Origin: Mesotaenium endlicherianum | Taxonomy: Eukaryota | Assembly (NCBI GenBank): GCA_009602735.1 | Contig: WELA01001056.1 | Location: 1 to 64,000, forward strand | Direction: 5' to 3' | DNA: 64,000 nucleotides | In this document: positions 1 through 10,817 of the stretch, in pieces | How positions within the stretch are numbered: position 1 is the stretch's first letter | Layout of the letters: every line of letters begins with the position of its first letter | Translations under genes and position numbers: made by a program | Notes under the pieces: model-generated | Told to the model about the DNA's origin: nothing | Database searches by the model: none | The model's input: the letters and a program-made list of their open reading frames with translations, nothing else

Positions 1-2983
1 AACGCTTACATTTGAGGTACTCAACACTGGTTTCTATGATCTCGTGCTAAGCAGGTCCTGGCTTAATAGACATCAAGTTGAAGTGTGTTGGAGCAGAGGT
101 ACTGTTAAAGTGAGAGGAGCCAGTGATGGGCAGAGTGACTTGGCACCCACCAGTGCTCTTCCTCTTGTCCTGTGTGGATGGCAAATGAAGGAAAAGAAGA
201 GGCTTCCAGAAGGATGCAAGTTGCTGAANACCAGTGCTCTTCCTCTTGTCCTGTGTGGATGGCAAATGAAGGAAAAGAAGAGGCTTCCAGAAGGATGCAA
301 GTTGCTGAATGCAATGGAGTTCGTCAAAAGCTGGAACCAGAAGGAAGACAGAATGTTCTTTCTGCTGCTAAGAGAGGTACCTCCTCAACCTGAAGAAGTG
401 GTTGAGAAAAAGGTACACCCTCCGGAACACCCTACTGCTGCAAACATTGTTGCTCAGTACACGGATGTGTTTAATATGCCTCCAGGACTACCCCCTAAGC
501 GGGAAGTAGATCATAGGATTGATTTATTACCTGGTAGCCAGCCACCCTGGCAACGCACGTATGGCTTGTCTTATTTGGAGAGTGAGGAGTTGAAAACACA
601 GATTGCAGAGCTGGAGGAAAATGGTTACATTTCTCCCAGTAAATCACCGTACGGCGCACCTATCCTATTTGTTAAGAAAAAGGATGGCAGTATGCGGATG
701 TGTGTGGATTATAGAGCCCTGAACAGAATTACAATAAAGAACAAGTATGCTTTACGCATAATCGAGGACTTGCTTGATACCCTGTCTGGCGCTAAGGTGT
801 TCAGTAAGATAGATCTCAAAAGTGGTTATCATCAAATTAGAATTGCTGAGGGGGATGAACACAAGACTGCCTTTCGCACACGTTGTGGACACTATGAGTT
901 CAACGTGATGCCATGTGGATTGACAAATGATCCTGCGACCTTCATGGGTGCTATGAATGACATTTTCAGGCCTTATTTGGATAAAGTTGTGCAAGTTTTC
1001 TTGGATGATATTTTAATTTTCTCTAAAGATGAGACTCAGCACGCTGAACACTTAAAGACAGTCATGAACAATCTGAGAAGAAATCAGTGATATGCTAAAA
1101 TGAGCAAGTGTGATTTCTTTAAGGAAAGTATTGAATTCTTAGGCCACGTTGTCAGTAAAGAGGGCATCAGTGTGGACCCTAAGAAAGTCCAGACCATAAG
1201 GGACTGGCCAGTACCACAGTCTGTCTCTGAAGTTAGATCCTTCCTCGGGTTGGCTAACTACTATAGGAGATTTATTGAGAATTATTCCACGAAGGCCAGT
1301 AAACTGACTGACCTTACTAAAAAAGACATAGGGTATGTGTGGGGGAAAGAGCAGCAGGCTGCGTTCCAGACCCTTAAAGATGATGCACTCTCTAGAAGAC
1401 CTGACTTGCAAGAAGGGAACTATCGTCAGCATGCTGTAGATAAAGTCCTGTGTGCACTCACTTCACCAAAGGTGAAAAAGTCCTTCCTTGAACAACTTAG
1501 GAAAGCCTACCTTTTTGACCCAACATTTGAGCCCAGCCCCACTACTGGTGTGTGTCGGGCTCCTGCACTCGGGTACCGGCTTAAAGCAGGGGTCTCGGTG
1601 ACTGAAACCACTTCAGGCAGGCTGAAGCTGGTCATTCCTAATAACTTGGAATTAAAGTCCTTTTTATTGGGTCAAGCACATGATAATTTACTGGGTGGGC
1701 ATTTGGGGCAAGCCAAAACTGTTGGCAAACTGGCAAAACATTATCATTGGGAGGGGTTGCCCCGAGAGGTCTTGAAATATGTGAAGTCCTGTGATTAGTG
1801 TCAAAGAAATAAGTCTAGGCACACACCACCGGGAGGTCTCTTGCAACCGCTGCCCATCCCAGCGGGACGCTGGGAAACTATATCCATGGACTGGGTGGTC
1901 ACACTGCCACGAACTGCTAATGGGCATGATTCAATACTGGTAGTCGTGGATAAACTGACAAAAATGGTCATTTTCATCCCCACAACTGTCAAAGTAATTG
2001 CAGTCGAAACAGCGAGACAGTTCTACTACCATGTAGTATGCCAACATGGGCTACCCTCTAATATCATCTCAGACCGAGACTTACAATTCACCTCTAAGTT
2101 CTGGAGAGCTTTAATGGGGTTAATGGGAGTCAAACAGCTGCTCAGCACAGCAAACCACCCTCAGAATGATGGGCAGACTGAAAGAACTAACCGAGTTCTG
2201 CAGGAGGTGCTGAGAGCATATATTAACCAAAAACAAGATAATTGGGATGACCTGTTGCCTCTAATTCAATTTGCGGTCAACAGTGCGGTGCACGCGTCAA
2301 CGGGCAAGACTCCTTTTGAACTCAGCCTGGGTAGAGCCCCTAAGCCTCCTTTAGATGTACTGAGGGAGTCATCAACTGACCCTGAAGGGATTAACAATCC
2401 GGTCTCCCTCCAGTTAACTCAGGAATTTGTTGACATACTGTCACCAGTCCAACAAAACCTGCACAAAGCCCACGAAAACCAACAAAAATACGCTAATCGA
2501 CACCGTCGGAAGCTGACATTATCGAAGGGCGATTTAGTCAAACTGCATTCTCAGCACCTGTACCTCCCTGGTGTGGTCAAGAAAAAGCTTGGCCCTGTCT
2601 GGGTCGGTCCATATTCGGTAGTGCATCGTGTCGATCAGAATGCTTACAAACTGAACATGTCAGCGGACTTTAAGGGTCACCCGGTCTTTAATGTCTCCTT
2701 CCTGGAACCGTACATCAAAGGTGACAAACTGTTCACAGGTCGGTTACCTGTCCAACCGGGACCGGTCCCCGCTGTCCGGGACGGCGATCTTGAGGAATAT
2801 GAGGTCGATGAGATTTTAGACGCTCGCTTGGTCCGTCGATCGTCTAAATATGTCATGAAGTACCTCATCCGATGGAAGGGTTACGATGCCTCTGGGGACA
2901 CTTGGGAGTTTAAAGACCAGCTGACCAATGCCAAAGGGGCGTTAATACGGTTCCACCTTCGGGCGGCTGAGGCACCGCCCTAA
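1..2983 (+). pseudogene. pol: Defective pol of A1 (protease C-terminus, RT, integrase, chromodomain; RNase H deleted)
   Basis: ORFs 44-1090, 1100-1798 and 1841-2983 share one frame, broken by stops at 1088-1090 and 1796-1798. RT has VFLDD; integrase has HHCC and GPY; the chromodomain reads YEVDEIL...YLIRWKGY...TWE. There is an in-frame 414-bp deletion at ~1380 relative to A2 8534-8947. Confidence 0.95.
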
Positions 2984-3330
2984 CTGTCCCTTCAGTAGAC
3001 ATGGGAAGGTGACAGGAGGTCCTGTCTCCATATAAGTTGGAGGGGAATGTGACAGTTAGTGACAGTTGTGACAGGCAGCCCACCTTTAAAATTAAGTCGG
3101 AGGGAGTGGTATTCTGTTTCGGGATCAGCCGGAAAATCTCTGATAACCATATTACACACTCAACCTGCGCTTACACTCACTTTCTCTCTAACTCAATTTT
3201 CCCTTATATTCACTCACACCAGGTATTTCACAATAGGATCTCTCTCGATCGCGTTCCTCTTCATCAAGGGCACTCAGTAACGGCAAAATATCATGACTTT
3301 ACTACTGCATTGTGTTTATGATTGAGCAGG

Positions 3331-4533
3331 ATGACTCAAAAGTCGGAACTCAAGAGGAAGAGAAGGGCGGAAGAGGCACATGCAGAATACTTGCAATTCC
3401 GTGGAGACTTTGAATCATCCTCCATCTCCGCTCTGGAATCACAACGACTCCAACAACAGCGGGAGGCACAGAAGAAGAAGGAGGAGGAGGAACAGGCCAG
3501 ACGGAGGCAGGAAGAACTGGACAGAAAAGCTGCAGAGGAGGCCAAGAAAGCAGAGGAGGAGAGGCAAGCTGAGGAGAAGCGGAAGCAGCAGGCTGAAGAA
3601 GAGCAGAGGAGAATCAGCAGCTACTGCTACACAGTACTGGGCAAGGGCTTCGATCTACTGGAGGAGGCCTTCAAGTATGCTCAGAGAAGTCGCAGTGAGT
3701 CACAGAAGGACATCCTCCAGAGGGAAGGGGAGACATCCGAAAACTTTGACAAGTATATAGAGGTCAGCACGGGGCTCCTCCTCTACCACGTTTACGCCAG
3801 GATGGTAGGATGTACGGTTAGAGAGGCCAAGGCAATGGCCCAGGTGAATGAAGCAGGGGCTGTATCTATTCCTGGTATCTGGGGGGAATAGGGTCATCAG
3901 GATGATTCCCATGGACGCGGACAGCTTTAAGGACTCTACACCCCATAACAGGTTCAAGGCCATGTATAATGAGGTGGAGAGAAGGAGCTGGGAATTCTTG
4001 ACCAGGGAAACCAGTCAGCTAGACTTTGCAGGGCACTGGTACCCTTGTACTCTTGAAAGGACAGACCCTGCCTTCTTCCAAAAGCCCACCAATTGGCGGT
4101 GGATGACCATCAACATGAGGGACCAGCAGAATGACAGGGCGAAGGATGAGGATTTCCTAAAGGGGAACATAGTATTGCCCCCTCACATTGCGGCTTGGGA
4201 CCCAAGATTGGATGGAGTCAGAGACTGCATGAGCCAAGAGATGCAGGGGGACAGAAGCAGGGCCCGAGAGTCATTCTCAAAAGGGAAGCACGCTTATGCC
4301 AAATGGGCAAGCAAGCAAGGGGAAAAGGACCTCTATGCGGTCCGGACTCAGCAGCCCCCACCAGCACCCAAAAGGGGAAGGTCAATAGGATATATTTTTT
4401 CTCGGGAAGAGCTGGAGCAGCCAACAGAAGAGACCCCAGAAGTCTCAAAGGAACCCGGGGACGGAGAGGAGGAGGAGTCAGAGGAGGAAGGCGAGGAGGA
4501 GGACATAAGCCCCGCCGTGATCCTGACGCCTGC
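3331..4533 (+). pseudogene. Extra ORF3 of A1 (unknown function), frameshifted and truncated
   Basis: ORFs 3322-3891 and 3848-4591 join at the G6 run 3881-3886 into a protein colinear with 10818-12494. Shared motifs: YNEVERRSWE, HWxPC, PTxWRWMT, LPPHIAxWDPRL, FSKGKHA. The LTR cuts it at 4534. Confidence 0.85.
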
Positions 4534-5252
4534 TGTAATGAATCAGTATATTAGTGGATATAATATTCATTTAAATCCAATAGTTAATTAAGTTCAGCCT
4601 GTTGTACTTTAGTTAATAATCAGTCTGCTGGACTTTACATAATTATCAGTTTAATGACTCGGCCGAAAGCAGCAGGCTGAAGTCAACTTAAGTCAGCTTG
4701 CTGACACATTCTTTGACAGCCAGCTGACTTCCGTGCTCGGTAGCAGCGAACTGCCTTGATATGCATCTAAGTACGACATGCTAGATGAATGGCCAGATGA
4801 CATCCCCATGATGGATGGCTATTCGGGATGATGGGAGATGGCGGTGGATTTGGTTAACCGAGGTCCTACCAACGTGGTTAACTCCCGGGTAGGCGGTGCC
4901 ATCGCACTGACCGTTGAACAGTAAACTCATTCCATGTACATATGCTAGGCATTGCTCTCGAGTTCGGCATTCGGAAACGAGGCCAACTCTCTTGTACAGC
5001 TTACTGAGAGAACTCTGAATCCAAGGCGAGAAGCCATTGATACGCACTGTCTTCTAACCTTGCTTATGTATGAGTTTACTGATTTGCATCATTGATGCTA
5101 GTTTACTCGCATTTGACTTACGAGTATTATTCCCTGCTAGTGTATTGTCCTTTGCCGTTTAACTAGTTAACGGAAATACCATAAAGATTACTTGCTGATA
5201 TAAAGATCTTTATTAATTGTTAATCGCCTATTTGGTAAGTCGATTCATTTCA
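4534..5252 (+). repeat. 5' LTR of A2 (719 bp)
   Basis: TGTAATGAATC...GATTCATTTCA (10/11 terminal inverted repeat). Direct repeat of 12608-13328 and inverted copy at 14745-15464. Confidence 0.96.
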
Positions 5253-5253
5253 G

Positions 5254-5265
5254 TGGTATCGGAGC
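5254..5265 (+). promoter_or_regulatory. Primer-binding site, initiator tRNA-Met type
   Basis: TGGTATCGGAGC lies 1 nt after the LTR and differs by one base from the canonical plant TGGTATCAGAGC. Confidence 0.9.
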
Positions 5266-5286
5266 AGTTATCACAGTCTTCTTTGT

Positions 5287-6765
5287 ATGGTAAGGACAAG
5301 GTCTCAAACTAGCAACTCCCGAGACATGGAGAACCAGGATAACGAGAATGTCGAAAACCAGGCGGAAAGCCATGTAGCGGGAAACCGTACCTATTCGGAA
5401 GCAGTAGCGGATACTGCAGCTAGGGAGGCTGCAGATGAGGCAGCTGCTATTGCCTCAGTCGCAGCTCAGCAAGCTGAGGAGGAGATAGCCAGACTAGAAG
5501 CTGAACAAGTAGCAAAGGCCGCTGAAGATATACAAAGGAGGGAAGGACAGCCAGCTGACGAGCGCACTGTTGAAGAACTTATGGCATCAAGGGCCAATGT
5601 TCTGAACCCACCTCCTGCCGTACAACTCAATGTACCCCTAGGTCAAATACGTGACCGGCTGAATGCGGCAGGAATTGCTGCTGCAGGAGCAAGAGGGATT
5701 GTTGAGGACACTACTCAGCGAGTAGATGCCAATGCTGCTGCTGCATTTGCTAATCTACCACCCCAAAATGTAGACTTGGGAGCATTGTTCGTTCAGATGC
5801 AGTCGCAAATGGCGACCATGTATCAGTCCCAGCAGGAGGACAAAAGAATCATAATGTCCCTACTCCGGGACAGAGACCAACTGGGGTCTCACACCACTAG
5901 TGGTGGTGGCCGAGGGCCTAGTAAGCCCAAGCCGAAACCTCCCCAGGACTATGATCCTGAGGGAAACAGAAAATATTACCTGATCAAGTTTCTCGCGGAT
6001 GTTGAGCAGTGGCTGGAGAACTACCCAGAACTGCAAGATTACGAGAAGGTCAGGCACACCGGTGCGCTACTGAAAGGCAGTGCCGCAGACTGGTGGCTTT
6101 ACTGGAAGGAAGAGCGTAAGGCTCGGCAACTCGGTGACCCTACGTGGGTAGAGTTTGTCGAGAAGTTGCATGAGAAGTTTGATGTCATCAACCAGCAGGA
6201 GAAAGCTATCTATGCGATGATCTCCCTGACACTGAAGCAGACCACTTCAGTTGCTGAGTTTGCTCAAAAGTTCCAAGAGAACATGATGAAGCAGCCTGAT
6301 TTGCCAGAACGGTATAGGATAGCATACTTCAGGTATGGCTTGAAATCCGAGGTCTCTGGTCATTTTGCTGAGAAAAAGTATGAGAAACTGGCTGACTTGA
6401 TCCAGGATGCTGACGCCTGGGATCAGCAGCAGTTCAATCACAAGCGCCAGAGTAACGCTTTGGTGTCTAAGATTGTCAAAAAGCCCCACGGTTCCTACAA
6501 TGCAGTTGAAGGAGACCAGGCTGAGGATAATCAGGGTGATGAATATGAGTATGAGTACAATGCTATTCAGTCTAGAGGTAGAGGTGGTCCCTCTCGAGGT
6601 GGCTATGGAAGGGGTGGTGGTAGGACTAAGCCGAGACCAGCCTCAGCAAAATCGACTTGCTACCATTGTGAGCAGAAAGGCCACTACAGAGTACAGTGTC
6701 CGGTCAGGCACCTGCCTAAGGTCGAGAGAAATGACCAGCCTTTAAAAGACAGCAACAGTCAGTAA
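5287..6765 (+). CDS. gag: Gag (492 aa) with C-terminal CCHC zinc knuckle
   Basis: Starts MVRTRSQ just after the PBS. Has a capsid-like region ([10 protein letters not shown]...[14 protein letters not shown]...FRYGLK), an RGG tract, and [14 protein letters not shown]. Confidence 0.95.
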   Translation: MVRTRSQTSNSRDMENQDNENVENQAESHVAGNRTYSEAVADTAAREAADEAAAIASVAAQQAEEEIARLEAEQVAKAAEDIQRREGQPADERTVEELMASRANVLNPPPAVQLNVPLGQIRDRLNAAGIAAAGARGIVEDTTQRVDANAAAAFANLPPQNVDLGALFVQMQSQMATMYQSQQEDKRIIMSLLRDRDQLGSHTTSGGGRGPSKPKPKPPQDYDPEGNRKYYLIKFLADVEQWLENYPELQDYEKVRHTGALLKGSAADWWLYWKEERKARQLGDPTWVEFVEKLHEKFDVINQQEKAIYAMISLTLKQTTSVAEFAQKFQENMMKQPDLPERYRIAYFRYGLKSEVSGHFAEKKYEKLADLIQDADAWDQQQFNHKRQSNALVSKIVKKPHGSYNAVEGDQAEDNQGDEYEYEYNAIQSRGRGGPSRGGYGRGGGRTKPRPASAKSTCYHCEQKGHYRVQCPVRHLPKVERNDQPLKDSNSQ

Positions 6766-9700
6766 TCCAGTCTACTGACTGTGAGGATGCTAGAGATAGT
6801 GAGTCGTCACTAGCTGCCCTCGTAGCAGGTATTATGGGTCCTGCTGAACTGGATTCACTATGCATGCCTGACAAACAGATAAAGGAGACCATCAGTAATA
6901 TAGACGTCCAGAGAGTGCACACTCTGGATGCTCTTGTTCCACCTGATGTCCAACATTTCTTTGCTACGTCAGGAGAACAATGCGAAAGTCAGGAAAAGAC
7001 AGTCCCCCCTATCCTACTGCATTGCATGATTGCAGGTAGGAAGGTGAGGGCATTTGTTGACGGAGGGGCGTCACATACCTTTATCCACAAGGACTTAGTT
7101 AAGCGGCTAAGGCTGCCTACTGTCACCCAAGGGAATAGAAAAATATTCCTTGGAGATGCCTCAAGTATCCCGGGAGGAGTTATAACCAAGCCTATTGAGG
7201 TCCAGTTAGGTTCTGGCATTGCAGTTCTAACTGAAACGCTTACATTTGAGGTACTCAACACTGGCTTTTATGATCTCGTGCTAGGCAGGTCCTGGCTTAA
7301 TAGACATCAAGCTGAAGTGTGTTGGAGCAGAGGTACAGTTAAAGTGAGAGGAGCCAGTGATGGGCAGACTGACTTGGCACCCACCAGTGCTCTTCCTCTT
7401 GTCCTGTGTGGATGGCAAATGAAGGAAAAGAAGAGGCTTCCAGAAGGATGCAAGTTGCTGAATGCAATGGAGTTCGTCAAAAGCTGGAACCAGAAGGAAG
7501 ACAGAATGTTCTGTCTGCTGCTAAGAGAGGTACCTCCTCAACCTGAAGAAGTGGTTGAGAAAAAGGTAAGCCCTCCGGAGCACCCTACTGCTGCAAAAAT
7601 TGTTGCTCAGTACACTGATGTGTTTAACATGCCTCCAGGACTACCCCCTAAAAGGGAAGTAGATCATAGGATTGATCTATTACCTGGTAGCCAGCCACCC
7701 TGGCAACGCACTTATGGCTTGTCTTATTTGGAGAGCGAGGAGTTGAAAACACAGATTGCAGAGCTGGAGGAAAATGGTTACATTTCTCCCAGTAAATCAC
7801 CGTACGGCGCACCTATCCTATTTGTTAAGAAAAAGGATGGCAGTATGCGGATGTGTGTGGATTACAGAGCCCTGAACAGAATTACAGTAAAGAACAAGTA
7901 TGCTTTACCCAGAATCGAGGACTTGCTTGATACCCTGTCTGGCGCTAAGGTGTTCAGTAAGATAGATCTCAAGAGTGGTTATCATCAAATCAGAATTGCT
8001 GAGGGGGATGAACACAAGACTGCTTTCCGCACACGTTATGGACACTATGAGTTCAACGTGATGCCATTTGGACTGACTAATGCTCCTGCTACCTTTATGG
8101 GTGCTATGAATGACATTTTCAGACCTTATTTGGATAAGTTTGTGCAAGTTTTCCTGGATGATATTTTAATTTTCTCTAAAGATGAAGCTCAGCACACTGA
8201 ACACTTAAAGAAAGTGCTGGACACTCTGCGGAAAAATCACTTGTATGCTAAAATGAGCAAGTGTGATTTCTTTAAGGAAAGTATTGAATTCTTAGGCCAC
8301 GTTGTCAGTAAAGAGGGCATCAGTGTGGATCCTAAGAAAGTCCAGACCATAAGGGACTGGCCAGTACCACAGTCTGTCTCTGAAGTTAGATCCTTCCTCG
8401 GGTTGGCTAACTACTATAGGAGATTTATTGAGAATTATTCCACAAAGGCCAGTAAACTGACTGACCTTACTAAGAAAGACATCGGGTATGTGTGGGGGGA
8501 AGAGCAGCAGGCTGCCTTCCAGACCCTTAAAGATGCCCTTTGTTCTGCCCCAGTGCTAGCCGTGTATGACCCCAGCAAACCGGTGCAGGTGGTTACTGAT
8601 GCCTCTGATTTTGCCATGGGTGCTATTTTGTTGCAGCCTGCTGACAAAACCACAAAGGATGGTAAGGTACGGCAGGAGTGGCATCCTGTGTTGTATGAGT
8701 CTATGAAATTTAATCCAGCGGAGATTAATTACTCAGTGCATGATAAAGAGCTGCTAGCTATCATTCATGTACTCAAACAGTGGAGAGCATACTTACATGG
8801 TAAAGCTTTTAAGGTGATTACAGATCATCTAGCTCTGACCCACTTTCAGAAGAAGTCCAAGCTGTCGAGGAGGGAGAACCGCTGGAGCCAGATGCTGGAG
8901 CAGTTCCAAGTCCAGATCGACTACAAACCAGGGAAGTTGAATCCTGCTGATGCACTCTCTAGAAGACCTGACTTGCAAGAAAGGAACTTTAGTCAGCATG
9001 CTGTAGATAAAGTCCTGTGTGCACTCACTTCACTAAAGGTGAAAAAGTCCTTCCTTGAACAACTTAGGAAAGCCTACCTTTCTGACCCAACATTTGAGCC
9101 CAGCCCCACTACTGGTGTGTGTCGTGCTACTGCACTCGGGTATAAGCTCAAGGGAGGGGTCTGGGTGACTGAAACCACTTCAGGCAGGCTGAAGCTGGTC
9201 ATTCCTAATAACTTGGAAATAAGGTCTCTCTTACTGAGTCAAGCTCATGACAGTCTCCTGGGTGGACATTTGGGGCAGGCCAAAACTGTTGGCAAACTGG
9301 CAAAACATTATCATTGGGAGGGGTTACCCCGGGAGGTCTTGAAATATGTCAAGTCCTGTGACCAGTGTCAGAGAAATAAGTCTCGGCACACACCACCCGG
9401 AGGTCTCTTGCAACCGCTACCCATCCCAGCGGGACGCTGGGAAACTATATCCATGGACTGGGTGGTCTCACTACCAAGAACTGCCAACGGGCATGATTCA
9501 ATACTGGTAGTCGTGGATAAACTGACAAAAATGGTCATTTTTATCCCCACAACTGTCAAAGTGACTGCACTCGAAACAGCGAGACAGTTTTACAACCATG
9601 TAGTATGCCAACATGGGCTCCCTTCTAATATCATCTCAGACAGAGACTCAAAATTCACCTCTAAGTTCTGGAGAGCTTTAATGGGGTTAATGGGAGTCAA

Positions 9701-10550
9701 ACAGCTGCTCAGCACAGCAAACCACCCTCAGACTGATGGGCAGACTGAAAGAACTAACCGAGTTCTGCAGGAGGTGCTGAGAGCATATATTAACCAAAAA
9801 CAAGATAATTGGGATGACCTGTTGCCTCAAATTCAGTTTGCGGTCAACAGTGCGGTGCACGCGTCAACGGGCAAAACTCCTTTTGAACTCAGCCTGGGTA
9901 GAGTCCCTAAGTCTCCTCTAGATGTGCTAGGGGAATCTTTAACTCACCCTGAAGGGATTGACAACCCGGTCTCCCTCCAGTTAACTCAGGAGTTTGCTGA
10001 CACCCTGTCAGAAGTCCAACGAAACTTGCACACGGCCCAAGAAAACCAACAAAAATACGCTAATCAACACCGTCGGGAACTGACATTTTCCAAGGGGGAT
10101 TTAGTCAAACTGCATTCTCAGCACCTGTACCTCCCTGGTGTGGTCAAGAAAAAGCTTGGCCCTGTCTGGGTCGGTCCATATTCGGTGGTCCGTCGTGTCG
10201 GTCAGAATGCTTACAAACTGAACATGTCAGCTGAATACAAGGGGCACCCGGTCTTTAATGTCTCCTTCCTGGAACCGTACATCAAAGGTGATACACTGTT
10301 CACAGGTCGGTTCCCTGTCCAACCGGGACCGGTCCCCGCTGTCCGGGACGGCGACCCTGAGGAATATGAGGTCGATGAGATTTTAGACGCTCGCTCGGTC
10401 CGTCGATCGTCTAAATATGTCATGAAATACCTCATTCGATGGAAGGGTTACGATGCCTCTGGGGACACTTGGGAGTTTAAGGACCACTTGACCAATGCCA
10501 AAGGGGCGTTGACACGGTTCCACCTTCGGGCCGCTGGAGTCCCTCCATAA
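6735..10550 (+). CDS. pol: Pol polyprotein: aspartic protease, RT, RNase H, integrase, chromodomain (intact frame)
   Basis: 1238-aa ORF from the first ATG at 6834. Motifs: [46 protein letters not shown]...CDQC, ISMDW/ISDRD/GQTER, GPY, and a C-terminal chromodomain. Confidence 0.97.
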   Translation, partial: PAFKRQQQSVIQSTDCEDARDSESSLAALVAGIMGPAELDSLCMPDKQIKETISNIDVQRVHTLDALVPPDVQHFFATSGEQCESQEKTVPPILLHCMIAGRKVRAFVDGGASHTFIHKDLVKRLRLPTVTQGNRKIFLGDASSIPGGVITKPIEVQLGSGIAVLTETLTFEVLNTGFYDLVLGRSWLNRHQAEVCWSRGTVKVRGASDGQTDLAPTSALPLVLCGWQMKEKKRLPEGCKLLNAMEFVKSWNQKEDRMFCLLLREVPPQPEEVVEKKVSPPEHPTAAKIVAQYTDVFNMPPGLPPKREVDHRIDLLPGSQPPWQRTYGLSYLESEELKTQIAELEENGYISPSKSPYGAPILFVKKKDGSMRMCVDYRALNRITVKNKYALPRIEDLLDTLSGAKVFSKIDLKSGYHQIRIAEGDEHKTAFRTRYGHYEFNVMPFGLTNAPATFMGAMNDIFRPYLDKFVQVFLDDILIFSKDEAQHTEHLKKVLDTLRKNHLYAKMSKCDFFKESIEFLGHVVSKEGISVDPKKVQTIRDWPVPQSVSEVRSFLGLANYYRRFIENYSTKASKLTDLTKKDIGYVWGEEQQAAFQTLKDALCSAPVLAVYDPSKPVQVVTDASDFAMGAILLQPADKTTKDGKVRQEWHPVLYESMKFNPAEINYSVHDKELLAIIHVLKQWRAYLHGKAFKVITDHLALTHFQKKSKLSRRENRWSQMLEQFQVQIDYKPGKLNPADALSRRPDLQERNFSQHAVDKVLCALTSLKVKKSFLEQLRKAYLSDPTFEPSPTTGVCRATALGYKLKGGVWVTETTSGRLKLVIPNNLEIRSLLLSQAHDSLLGGHLGQAKTVGKLAKHYHWEGLPREVLKYVKSCDQCQRNKSRHTPPGGLLQPLPIPAGRWETISMDWVVSLPRTANGHDSILVVVDKLTKMVIFIPTTVKVTALETARQFYNHVVCQHGLPSNIISDRDSKFTSKFWRALMGLMGVKQLLSTANHPQTDGQTERTNRVLQEVLRAYINQKQDNWDDLLPQIQFAVNSAVHASTGKTPFELSLGRVPKSPLDVLGESLTHPEGIDNPVSLQLTQEFADTLSEVQRNLHTAQENQQKYANQHRRELTFSKGDLVKLHSQHLYLPGVVKKKLGPVWVGPYSVVRRVGQNAYKLNMSAEYKGHPVFNVSFLEPYIKGDTLFTGRFPVQPGPVPAVRDGDPEEYEVDEILDARSVRRSSKYVMKYLIRWKGYDASGDTWEFKDHLTNAKGALTRFHLRAAGVPP
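6741..6782 (+). other. Putative -1 programmed ribosomal frameshift signal (gag to pol)
   Basis: U_UUA_AAA heptamer in the gag frame (6741-6747), a 7-nt spacer, then a perfect 10-bp stem ACAGTCAGTA (6755-6764) / TACTGACTGT (6773-6782). The pol frame is -1 and open from 6735. Confidence 0.8.
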
Positions 10551-10572
10551 CTGTCATTTCAGTTGACACGGG

Positions 10573-10615
10573 AAGGTGACAGGCGGTCCTGTCTCCATTT
10601 AAGTTGGAGGGGAAA
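10573..10615 (+). promoter_or_regulatory. Internal hairpin plus PPT-like tract after the pol stop (also at ~3006-3047 in A1)
   Basis: GACAGG-N4-CCTGTC hairpin followed by TTAAGTTGGAGGG, a 13-mer identical to the terminal PPT region at 12593-12605. Confidence 0.75.
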
Positions 10616-10817
10616 ATATATGACAGTTAGTGAGCGAGAGCGATAAAAACACACTCATACGTTTATGTGTAGCGCATCGCAACTACGTCAACTTTTAGCA
10701 ATCATCCTGTAAGGTAAACAGCAGCGAAGCCACTATACTAAATACTAACATACTTCCTGCAATCCCTATGACAAAGGTCCATATCCTACTAACTTGTGCC
10801 CTGGTTACATGTGCAGG

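Larger units (their letters stand above)
1..4533 (+). mobile_element. Ty3/Gypsy chromovirus, family A copy A1 (5' end outside the window, 3' end cut by the A2 LTR)
   Basis: The pol sequence is visibly >90% identical to 7234-10550. It is followed by an ORF3 homologue, and the sequence switches abruptly to the LTR start TGTAATGAATC at 4534. Confidence 0.95.

Noticed and set aside
149..309. 80-bp tandem duplication in A1 pol
   Set aside because: The two copies are separated by a single N and the duplication is absent from A2. This is typical of an unmerged contig overlap. The short duplications around the Ns at ~33813 and ~33977 are rejected for the same reason.
4781..5047. 88-aa antisense ORF repeated at 12855-13121
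   Set aside because: It recurs only because it lies inside the LTRs. No motif is recognisable and the frame is altered in the A3 LTR.
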